A stretch of 64,000 bases of DNA from an uncultured Planctomycetia bacterium. Its GTDB lineage: Bacteria; Omnitrophota; Gorgyraeia; Tantalellales; Tantalellaceae. Shown piece after piece: positions 27,647 to 36,053 of this stretch (position 1 is its first letter; every line of letters begins with the position of its first letter). A program made the translations under genes and the position numbers. Below the pieces are notes generated by a model. The model saw only the letters and a program-made list of their open reading frames with translations, did not search any database and was not told the origin of the DNA. The DNA is taken from NCBI GenBank assembly GCA_964527765.1, contig CAZGQR010000001.1, positions 118,353 through 182,352 on the forward strand, in the 5' to 3' direction.

Positions 27647-29361
27647 ATCAATCCAAGTTCCCTGGCTTTCCTGAACACCCTGCCTGCCGTTTCGGCCGCA
27701 TAGTATCCGCCCTTGCCGCCGTATTCGTCAAAAACCACAACTGTTATCTTTGCGTCCTCAAACGGGGCGAACCCCGCAAACCAACCGTGGCTTCTGTATT
27801 TTGAGGTCTGGGCCGTTCCTGTTTTCCCCGCAACCGTAACGCATGCCTGTCTTGCCTTCATTCCCGTGCCCCTCGGGTCGTTCACGACCTTCCTCAACCC
27901 ATCCCTTACTATTTCCAGAGATCCCGGAGAGATGTTCAAGTCGGTTTTCTCTCTAATGTTCACCGGAACCCCTTCGACCTTGTCCACCACATAAGGTCTT
28001 ACAAGATAACCCCCATTTGCAAAAACGGATATCATCCGGGCTATCTGAAGCGGCGAACACAGAAGATACCCCTGCCCTATCGAATAGTTCACGGTATCTC
28101 CCCTGTACCATTTCTCATTAAACTGTTTTTCCTTCCAGCTGCGCGTCGGCAGCACACCCGGGCTCTCACCCGGAAGATCTATCCCCGTGAACTTGCCGAA
28201 ACCAAACTTGCCCGCGAATTTGGACATGCTGTCCGCGCCGAGAAGAAGCCCCAGATTGAAAAAATACACATTGCACGAGTTCTTTATGGCTTCTTTCAGC
28301 ATTTGCGCCCCGTGCCCGTTCTTCTTCCAGCAGTGAAACGTCGTCCGGCCCAAAGTAAGATACCCCGGACACTGAAAAGTCGTCCCGGGTGTCGCAACGC
28401 CTTCTTCCAGCGCACCTGTCGCCACTACGACCTTGAATGTCGAACCCGGAGGATATTCCCCGGCGATCGCTCTGTTGAACAGCGGATAATCCCTGTCCCT
28501 GAGAACACCGCCGATTTCTTCCGCTCTATCGCGGTCCACAAAAATAGCGGGGTCATAAGCGGGGGCATTGGCCATGGCCAGTATGGCTCCGCTTTCGGGA
28601 TCCATGGCCAGAATGGCCCCTTTTTTATCTTTCAAAAGTTCATCACAAAATTTCTGCAGTTCCAGATCTATGGTAAGGTGGATATCCCTGCCGGGGACCG
28701 GCTCACGGAACCCCAGTATTATGATCTCGCGTCCGCGGTGATCGACTTCAACCTGCCTGCCGCCGTGCGTTCCCCTCAGGTAATTATCATAATATTTTTC
28801 GACCCCGTCCCTGCCTACCAGGTCGTTCAACCTGTAGCCGTAATGCTTAAGCTTATCGAACTCGGAGCGGTTTATAAGCCCCAGGTACCCCAGGACATTG
28901 GACGCGGTCTTTCCGTGAACATATTCACGCTTGGCGGATACTTCAAGCCTGAGGCCCGGGTAATCCATCTCTACTTCTTCCAGGTAAACGGCTTTCTCTA
29001 TTCCGATGTCAGCGGCGATACATGTAGGCGAGTAAGGCTGTTCCCGGCTTTTCTTGATACCCGCCGCTATTTTCTGTTCCGGAACGTTCAGAACGGAACT
29101 CAGGACCTTTTTCAGGGGATCCATATCCTTTATCCGGCTGTACACGACGGCGGCGTTAAAACACAGGGCATCCTTTACCATGGCTTCTCCGTTCCGATCA
29201 AAAATACAGCCCCGGGGAGCCATCAAGGGAACGACCTTCAGCCTGTTCTCTTCTGACATGACCTTGTATCTTTCATGTCTGCCTATCTGGACATAGGCCA
29301 GACCTATCAGGAGCGTTACCGTGAAAAAAACAAATACCAGCGTAAATACTCTAATCCTCAT
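27643..29361 (-). CDS. mrdA: Penicillin-binding protein 2
   Basis: APRG.IFDRNG, PGSTFK, SCN, KTGTAQ. Confidence 0.96.
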   Translation of the reverse strand: MRIRVFTLVFVFFTVTLLIGLAYVQIGRHERYKVMSEENRLKVVPLMAPRGCIFDRNGEAMVKDALCFNAAVVYSRIKDMDPLKKVLSSVLNVPEQKIAAGIKKSREQPYSPTCIAADIGIEKAVYLEEVEMDYPGLRLEVSAKREYVHGKTASNVLGYLGLINRSEFDKLKHYGYRLNDLVGRDGVEKYYDNYLRGTHGGRQVEVDHRGREIIILGFREPVPGRDIHLTIDLELQKFCDELLKDKKGAILAMDPESGAILAMANAPAYDPAIFVDRDRAEEIGGVLRDRDYPLFNRAIAGEYPPGSTFKVVVATGALEEGVATPGTTFQCPGYLTLGRTTFHCWKKNGHGAQMLKEAIKNSCNVYFFNLGLLLGADSMSKFAGKFGFGKFTGIDLPGESPGVLPTRSWKEKQFNEKWYRGDTVNYSIGQGYLLCSPLQIARMISVFANGGYLVRPYVVDKVEGVPVNIREKTDLNISPGSLEIVRDGLRKVVNDPRGTGMKARQACVTVAGKTGTAQTSKYRSHGWFAGFAPFEDAKITVVVFDEYGGKGGYYAAETAGRVFRKARELGLI

Positions 29362-29378
29362 TGTTTCTCACGCAAGTA

Positions 29379-29597
29379 AAGGGCGGTCTTGGGGTGTTTC
29401 GCTGCGCAACCCTTTAGGGTTTGCTTGCGGAACTGCTGGAGCAGCATATCAAAGATGTCTCAGTTTCTACCAGAAGTTTGTAAACCTCTAAGAACCTTGA
29501 ATATTATTCAACGGTTATTTTTTCAAGTTCGGACGCATAGTGGTTGAAGTCCAGGTTTTCGTACAAGCTTCTGTACAAAAATCCCAAGACCGCCCTT
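29379..29597. mobile_element. 219-bp segment bounded by 15-bp perfect inverted repeats (MITE-like)
   Basis: AAGGGCGGTCTTGGG (29379-29393) and CCCAAGACCGCCCTT (29583-29597) between mreD and mrdA; no TSD seen. Confidence 0.55.
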
Positions 29598-29629
29598 GCA
29601 TATCGACTAACTTTAAACCATAAACTGCT

Positions 29630-30115
29630 TCATTCCTCCAACCTTAACAATGTTTTAAGAAAAGCGAACGCGAACGGCGAAACAAGAACGGTTACTATAA
29701 CGGATCTCCAGCTGGACAGAAAGGCAAAAGATATTTTTACGTCGTTCCCGGCGGTAACGTTCAGGTAAAGGGTGTGGGCCGCTACCACGATAAGCGCCGC
29801 GATCACCGTTGTGAATACCTGCGCGGCGGGGTTCTGCCGGTAAAACATCCTGGTCAACCTCGCGGATATCGCTCCCACTGCGGGAAAAAGAAAAATGTCC
29901 AGCGGAAGCGTTCCGACCGAAAAGCATCCCCTGAGAAAACCGGCTGCAAGGCCGAACCCGGCTCCCTCGATCCCTCCGCGGAAAATAGCCGTAAAAATGA
30001 CCATTAGCAGGATAAGGTCAGGAAACCAGACAATACGCCTCATCAGGATTACTTGAACTCCGACTGAAACAATAAGCAAGCTATATAAATATACTCGCGT
30101 TCTCATTTGATGCAC
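29630..30115 (-). CDS. mreD: Rod shape-determining protein MreD
   Basis: Polytopic membrane protein with PDLILL motif between mreC and mrdA. Confidence 0.85.
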   Translation of the reverse strand: MHQMRTRVYLYSLLIVSVGVQVILMRRIVWFPDLILLMVIFTAIFRGGIEGAGFGLAAGFLRGCFSVGTLPLDIFLFPAVGAISARLTRMFYRQNPAAQVFTTVIAALIVVAAHTLYLNVTAGNDVKISFAFLSSWRSVIVTVLVSPFAFAFLKTLLRLEE

Positions 30116-30879
30116 AAAACTTCTTCCTGGCCAAAAGAATCAGCGGAGGTCTTGATCACCGCATATTGGAACAATCCGGTCTTGCTCTTGCCGACAGAGA
30201 CGATCCTGCCTATAGTTATGCCTTTGGGAAATATCCGACTGAGCCCCGAGGTGACGACAACGGCGCCTTCGGGCACTTTCGCGTCCACCGGAAGATACAG
30301 CATCCTGGCCGTGCCTTTCCCGGTCCCTACCACGATGCCGTTGATCCGCGTGTCTTCCAGCATGCCGCCGGCTTTAAAGCTGGGGTGTGTTATCAGCATC
30401 ACGGAACTGGTATTTTCCCCGGGCTCGACCACTTTTCCCAGCAGGCCCCCGGCAGAGCATACCGCCGAGTTTTTCCGCACGCCGTCCGCGGATCCCTTGT
30501 TTATGACAAATGACCCTATCCAGTCATTGGGGTTTCTTGCGATCACCTCGGCGGAAACCGTGTCAAACCCGATCCTCTCCTTGAATCTCAAAAGAGCGCG
30601 AAGGCGTTCATTTTCTTTTTGCGTTTCCTTGAACTGCTCCAGTTCCAGAGAAAGATCCCCTACCCTTTTATGCAGAAGACTGTTCTCCCTGGCAAGCTCG
30701 CGTTTGCTGCAGAAATACTGGCCGGTCCTGGAAAGAAGACCCGCCGGGATCGAGAATGCCCTGAGGGAAAAGTTTTTAATACAGGTAAAAAAGGACGGAC
30801 TAAAGAGAAGAAGGGATGTCAATGCAAGGACGCATGTAATGAATATCCACGTTCTTTTTTTGGCAAAGAGTTTAGACAC
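30103..30879 (-). CDS. mreC: Rod shape-determining protein MreC
   Basis: ENERLRALL, INKGSADGV, VTSGL..IFPKGI.IG. Confidence 0.95.
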   Translation of the reverse strand: MSKLFAKKRTWIFITCVLALTSLLLFSPSFFTCIKNFSLRAFSIPAGLLSRTGQYFCSKRELARENSLLHKRVGDLSLELEQFKETQKENERLRALLRFKERIGFDTVSAEVIARNPNDWIGSFVINKGSADGVRKNSAVCSAGGLLGKVVEPGENTSSVMLITHPSFKAGGMLEDTRINGIVVGTGKGTARMLYLPVDAKVPEGAVVVTSGLSRIFPKGITIGRIVSVGKSKTGLFQYAVIKTSADSFGQEEVLCIK

Positions 30880-30895
30880 ATCGAAAAGCTACTGC

Positions 30896-31954
30896 TTATT
30901 TCTGTAGTTTGGGTGAGACCGTCAACCTTTTGAGGTACCTCAACTCGCTCAGCACTTTTCCCGTACCCAGCGCCACGGCCGTCAGGGGATCGTCCGCAAG
31001 ATGAACAGGCAGCCCGGTCTCCTCGGAAATAAGTTTATCCAAACCTCTCAGGAGGGATCCTCCGCCGGCAAGTATCAATCCTTTTTCTATCAGGTCCGCG
31101 GATAGCTCCGGGGGTGTCCTTTCCAGGGTGATCCTCACCGCCTCCACTATCTGGGCGATCGGTTCGGAAAGCGCTTCCCGGACTTCCTCGCTGGTTATGG
31201 AGATCATCTTGGGAAGACCCGCCACAAGATCACGCCCCCGAACATCCATCGTAAGTTCCTCTTCCATGGGAAAGCCGGAACCTATTCTTATCTTGATCTC
31301 TTCAGCGGTCCTCTCCCCGACCATAAGGTTATAGGTCCTTTTAAGATAGTTTATGATCGCTTCATCCATTTCGTCCCCGCCGATACGGATAGACTTGGAA
31401 AACACGACACCGGCCAGGGATATCACCGCCATCTCGGTAGTCCCGCCGCCGATATCTATTATCATGTTCCCCGAGGGTTCCTGTATCGGCAGGCCGACCC
31501 CGATCGAAGCGGCAACCGGTTCCTCCAGCATGAATACTTCTCTGGCGCCCGCGTGGAGGGCGGAATCCTTCACGGCGCGTTTTTCAACTTCAGTGATACC
31601 GGAAGGGATCGCTATAACAACGCGCGGACGGACCAGTCTGCGGGAATTGTGGACCTTCTTGATGAAATACCTCAACATGCTTTCAGTGATCTCAAAATCA
31701 GCGATGACCCCGTCCCGCATAGGCCTTATCGCGACAATATTCCCGGGGGTCCTTCCCAGCATGCGCTTGGCTTCCTCCCCTACGGCCAGGACATTCGAAG
31801 TTCCTGCTTCTATGGCCACGACCGAAGGTTCACATAGAACGATACCTTCGTTTTTCAGATATACAAGCGTGGAGGCAGTCCCCAGGTCTATTCCCATGTC
31901 ACTGGAAAACATCCCAAGCAGACTGTCAAAGGTTCTGGCTAATTGATTTTTCAT
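30896..31954 (-). CDS. mreB: Actin-like protein MreB
   Basis: [33 protein letters not shown]. Confidence 0.98.
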   Translation of the reverse strand: MKNQLARTFDSLLGMFSSDMGIDLGTASTLVYLKNEGIVLCEPSVVAIEAGTSNVLAVGEEAKRMLGRTPGNIVAIRPMRDGVIADFEITESMLRYFIKKVHNSRRLVRPRVVIAIPSGITEVEKRAVKDSALHAGAREVFMLEEPVAASIGVGLPIQEPSGNMIIDIGGGTTEMAVISLAGVVFSKSIRIGGDEMDEAIINYLKRTYNLMVGERTAEEIKIRIGSGFPMEEELTMDVRGRDLVAGLPKMISITSEEVREALSEPIAQIVEAVRITLERTPPELSADLIEKGLILAGGGSLLRGLDKLISEETGLPVHLADDPLTAVALGTGKVLSELRYLKRLTVSPKLQK

Positions 31955-32043
31955 TATAAGAAAGGTAACTGCTTGTTCAGATAGCTATATGTTATTTTGC
32001 TTATACCCCGGCTGCCTTTATCGGCATGCGCAAAAGCATACAA

Positions 32044-32072
32044 ATATTAACAAATAATAATATATTTGTCAA
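32044..32072 (-). promoter_or_regulatory. sigma70 promoter of the mre operon
   Basis: TTGACA-17 nt-TAATAT with extended -10 TG. Confidence 0.7.
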
Positions 32073-32196
32073 ATCTTTTTTAGCCGTTCTCCGTATCTGA
32101 CTAAAACCTTTGCGAGCACTTCATTTATGTATTTTGAGTTTATACCAAAAATGCTTAACCGGGCAAAATGGCGGAGTTGAAAAATCAATACCGTTC

Positions 32197-33510
32197 TTAC
32201 TGCCCTGCAACTTCGTACAGATCATCAAGAAAGCCCGGATATGAAGTATCCACGCAAGCCGTATCCCTGACGATACAGTCCCCGTCGGAAACCAGGGCTG
32301 CTATCGCCATGCTCATGGCGGTCCGGTGGTCCCCAAAACTGTCCAGCCGCGCCGCGCTCGTCCTGCCGGCTTTTCCCTCGATGATCAGGGAGCCGTTTTC
32401 GGCTTCTACGCGGACGCCCATCCGGCTAAGATTCTCTTTGATGCTCATCACCCTGTCGGTTTCCTTGACCTTCAGCTCCTTTACCCCCTTGATCACTGTT
32501 GTCCCCTCCGCAGCGGCAGCCGCCGCCGCAATGACAGGGACTTCGTCTATCAAAAGCGGTATCTCCCGCTGTTCCACTACCGTGCTTTTTAATTCTGAAT
32601 GCCTTACTTCCAGGTCACCGGCCGGCTCAAGATCATCCCGGCGGTCAAGTATCCGGATCGACCCGCCCATTCTCTCAAGAACTCCGATCACCCCGGCCCG
32701 GGTCGGATTAAGCCCGACATCACGTATAACAAGATGCGAGCCCTTGACAAGAAGCGCTGCGACCATAAAAAAAGCGGCGCTCGATATATCCCCCGGGACC
32801 TCCAGGTCTTTGGGCGCAAGCTCTTTCAACCCCGCGATCTCGGTCACAAGACCTTTTCTTCTGATATCCGCCGAAAAATATTCCAGCATGCGCTCGGTGT
32901 GGTCCCTCGACTGAAAAGGCTCGGTTACGGACGTCTTTCCTTCAGCGTATAAACCGGCTGCGAGCACGCATGATTTTACCTGCGCGCTGGCTACGGGCAT
33001 ACTGTAGTCTATGGGGTCCAGCGGACCTTTTCTGCCTTTTATCTTCAAAGGTGCGTGAGAGTCGCCTTCCACTGACTCGATCTCCGCTCCCATCAGCGAA
33101 AGCGGCTCCATGATACGGCGCATGGGACGCCGTGAAAGTGACTCGTCGCCGGTAAGAACGGTGGTAAAGCCCTGCCCGGCGAGCACTCCCGATATTATGC
33201 GCATGGTCGTCCCGGAATTCCCCAGGTAAAGCGCTTCACGCGGCTCGGTCAGCCCTTTCAGCCCCCTCCCCTGGATCGTAACCGTGCCGTTTTCGACGGC
33301 TATCTCCGCGCCCATGGCGCGGAATGCTTCAAGTGTCCGCATGCAATCCTCGCCAAAAAGAAAATTACGTGCGCGCAATTTTCCCGCGGATATCGATCCG
33401 AATATTATGGCCCTGTGTGAAATACTTTTGTCAGGGGGAACCCTTAGCTCGCCTTTTAATCCTCTGCTGGCTTTCTTTATCTTCCAATCCATATCATTCT
33501 CCTGCGTCAA
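32197..33510 (-). CDS. aroA: EPSP synthase
   Basis: DKSISHR, GNSGTT, SAQVKS, RDHTE, KETDR, DHR. Confidence 0.98.
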   Translation of the reverse strand: MTQENDMDWKIKKASRGLKGELRVPPDKSISHRAIIFGSISAGKLRARNFLFGEDCMRTLEAFRAMGAEIAVENGTVTIQGRGLKGLTEPREALYLGNSGTTMRIISGVLAGQGFTTVLTGDESLSRRPMRRIMEPLSLMGAEIESVEGDSHAPLKIKGRKGPLDPIDYSMPVASAQVKSCVLAAGLYAEGKTSVTEPFQSRDHTERMLEYFSADIRRKGLVTEIAGLKELAPKDLEVPGDISSAAFFMVAALLVKGSHLVIRDVGLNPTRAGVIGVLERMGGSIRILDRRDDLEPAGDLEVRHSELKSTVVEQREIPLLIDEVPVIAAAAAAAEGTTVIKGVKELKVKETDRVMSIKENLSRMGVRVEAENGSLIIEGKAGRTSAARLDSFGDHRTAMSMAIAALVSDGDCIVRDTACVDTSYPGFLDDLYEVAGQ

Positions 33511-34415
33511 TCGATCCTGCCCTTTTCCACAATGACCTTCATGTCCTCCGGCATCGGAGAACTGAACTCCATGTACTTGCCTGTGTCCGGGTGTGTGAAC
33601 GCGAGCATTTCAGCGTGAAGCGCCTGCCGCACCGCTCCATGATCCCCGCCATATTTGACATCCCCAAGAACGGGGTGTCCGAGATGCTTCATGTGCACGC
33701 GTATCTGATGTGTCCGTCCTGTAGTTGGCTCCAAACGCAGCAAAGTGAAATTGCCGAACCTCCGGACAACATGATAAACCGTGCGGGCGTCTTTTCCTTT
33801 TGTATATTCGACATGCATTTTTTTGCGATCTAAAACATGTCTTGCCACGGGTGCTTCGATAATGCCGTTATCCATCTCAACGCGCCCCTTTACCAGCGCC
33901 ACATACCGTTTTTTAACGGTCCTGTTCTGGAACTGTTCCGCAAGCGATCGTAAGGCACGATCATTTTTAGCTACCACTATGACGCCTGAGGTGTCTTTGT
34001 CCAGCCGGTGCACGACACCGGGCCTTAGATCGCTGTCCGTATCAGGCAACTTGCCGCAGTGGTAGAGCAGCGCGTTTACAAGCGTCCCTTTTCTATTTCC
34101 CGCCCCGGGGTGAACGACCATGCCGGGCGGTTTATCCACCACTATAAGCCACTCATCCTCGTAAAGAATATTTAACGGGATGTCCTCCGGTTCTATGCCC
34201 GCATCTTCGGACGGGAAGAGCTCCAGAAAGATCTCATCCCCTTCACGCACTCCGTAATGCGGTTTCACTGCCTCGCCGTTGACGCGGACATGGCCGTTGT
34301 TCATGAGGAATTTTACATAAGTGCGCGAATAACCTTCGCCCAGTTTGACCGTCACGTACTTATCGATACGGGTCCCGACATCTTCGGGTCCGGCTGTGAA
34401 TTTACGTTCTTCCAT
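33507..34415 (-). CDS. rluD: RluA/RluD family pseudouridine synthase
   Basis: S4 domain, VHRLDKDTSG, TGRTHQIRVH. Confidence 0.93.
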   Translation of the reverse strand: MEERKFTAGPEDVGTRIDKYVTVKLGEGYSRTYVKFLMNNGHVRVNGEAVKPHYGVREGDEIFLELFPSEDAGIEPEDIPLNILYEDEWLIVVDKPPGMVVHPGAGNRKGTLVNALLYHCGKLPDTDSDLRPGVVHRLDKDTSGVIVVAKNDRALRSLAEQFQNRTVKKRYVALVKGRVEMDNGIIEAPVARHVLDRKKMHVEYTKGKDARTVYHVVRRFGNFTLLRLEPTTGRTHQIRVHMKHLGHPVLGDVKYGGDHGAVRQALHAEMLAFTHPDTGKYMEFSSPMPEDMKVIVEKGRID

Positions 34416-35163
34416 GTGCCCGCCTATGCTTGTCTATGCTCGACAGAACAACATAGATGACAATGGCGCAAAGGAGCATACCTATGCTTATGATCTGGGA
34501 AAGTCTCATGCCGGAAACAACTGCAAGGTTATCCCCTCTCAGGAAATCCATGAAAAACCTGAAAACAGAATACAGCGCCAGGTACATGGTGAAGACGTAT
34601 CCGTCAAAGGGGCGTTTTTGCCTGATCTCAATGAGGATCACAAAGATCGCGAGAAGGGCCAGGCTTGAATAAATTTGTGTCGGCACTCTCATGACCGCCT
34701 CCTGCGGGAACGTGACCCCTATCCCTTTCTCGATGACCCTGCCGTAACAACAACCGTTCAAAAAACATCCTATCCGCCCCACAGACTGTCCCAGGGCTAT
34801 ATACGGGGCTATCAGATCGCTGGTCCTCCAGAAGGGGATCTTCTTTATCCGAAATACCGCTGCCCCTGACAGCGTAGCCACTACCAGTCCCCCCTGGATA
34901 GCCATGCCCCCCTCGTAAAACATAAATATTTTCAGCGGATGATAAAAATAGTATTCCCAGTTGATGATAACGAACAGGCCCCTGCCCCCGATCAGCCCTC
35001 CTATCAAAATGGTTATGAGGCAATCAAAAATATTGTCTTTTGATATCCCGAATTTTTCGGAGTCCCTGAGTATGAGGAATGTGGAAAGCAAAAACCCGGC
35101 TGCCACGAACAGCCCGTAAGAATATAACGTGAAGGGACCTATCTGGAACAACACGCGATGCAT
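34402..35163 (-). CDS. lgt: Prolipoprotein diacylglyceryl transferase
   Basis: GRIGCFLNGCCYG, PTQIY, RFFMDFLR. Confidence 0.95.
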   Translation of the reverse strand: MHRVLFQIGPFTLYSYGLFVAAGFLLSTFLILRDSEKFGISKDNIFDCLITILIGGLIGGRGLFVIINWEYYFYHPLKIFMFYEGGMAIQGGLVVATLSGAAVFRIKKIPFWRTSDLIAPYIALGQSVGRIGCFLNGCCYGRVIEKGIGVTFPQEAVMRVPTQIYSSLALLAIFVILIEIRQKRPFDGYVFTMYLALYSVFRFFMDFLRGDNLAVVSGMRLSQIISIGMLLCAIVIYVVLSSIDKHRRAHGRT

Positions 35164-35631
35164 CTAAGCCTCTTCTTTCCTGCCCCTGCCGGAATGCCTG
35201 ATCCCGGCAAGTATCGACAGCCCCAGCATGACCGCACCGACGGTGATAAAACTGTCCGCAAGATTGAACACCGGCCATATCCTGAAATCGATAAAATCTA
35301 TCACATAACCGCAGCGCACTCTGTCTATAAGGTTACCTAAGGTTCCGCCCAGTATAAAACAAAGAGCCACTTTTTCCGGAACGTTCATCCTCCAGGATCT
35401 TTGCACCAAAAAATAACCGATAAGAATTATCGCCAGGACCGCGATAACAACAAACAGGTAAGAATGCCTGTTGAACATCCCGAAGGCAGCACCTGTATTG
35501 TACACAAGCGTCACGTGAAAGATATCACTGATCACCGGGATGCTGGAACCTTGAAGGACGAATTTCTCGACACAGAATTTGGATAACTGGTCCAGAAAAC
35601 ATATAAGAACGACGACGATAAAATAGTACAA
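35164..35631 (-). CDS. lspA: Lipoprotein signal peptidase
   Basis: DQLSK, NTGAAFG, GNLIDR, VFNLAD. Confidence 0.96.
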   Translation of the reverse strand: MYYFIVVVLICFLDQLSKFCVEKFVLQGSSIPVISDIFHVTLVYNTGAAFGMFNRHSYLFVVIAVLAIILIGYFLVQRSWRMNVPEKVALCFILGGTLGNLIDRVRCGYVIDFIDFRIWPVFNLADSFITVGAVMLGLSILAGIRHSGRGRKEEA

Positions 35632-35633
35632 TA

Positions 35634-36053
35634 CTATCTACCTGCGGATTTTTCTTCTTTCTCCTGACATTCTATGCAATACTTTGCCTGCGGCATGGCC
35701 TTAAGGCGCTGCCTCGAGATGTACCCTTCGCAGCTGTCGCACTTGCCGTACGTACCCTCGTCAACGCGTTTTATCGCCTCATCCAGGGCGAACAGCCTTT
35801 CCCTTTCCCCCTGAGCCAGTTCCAGGGAAAACTCCCTGTCATAGAGGTCGGTCGCCATGTCCGCCATATGAAAAGAGTATCCGGAAAGGTCGCCGGAGGC
35901 GTCTTTAAAGCTTTTGTTCAGCCCTTCGCCCTTGAGCCTTATGAGCTCTTCGATGATCTTCGCCTTCTCCCCGATCAGCCTCTTTCTTACGGCCTGTAAT
36001 TCCTTTTTAGTGAAAGGCTTGTTCTTGCCCGAATTTTTCTTCCTGACCATCAT
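35634..36053 (-). CDS. TraR/DksA C4-zinc-finger protein
   Basis: HMADMATD coiled-coil tip, GTYGKCDSC...CIEC; ATGA overlap with ileS. Confidence 0.9.
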   Translation of the reverse strand: MMVRKKNSGKNKPFTKKELQAVRKRLIGEKAKIIEELIRLKGEGLNKSFKDASGDLSGYSFHMADMATDLYDREFSLELAQGERERLFALDEAIKRVDEGTYGKCDSCEGYISRQRLKAMPQAKYCIECQEKEEKSAGR

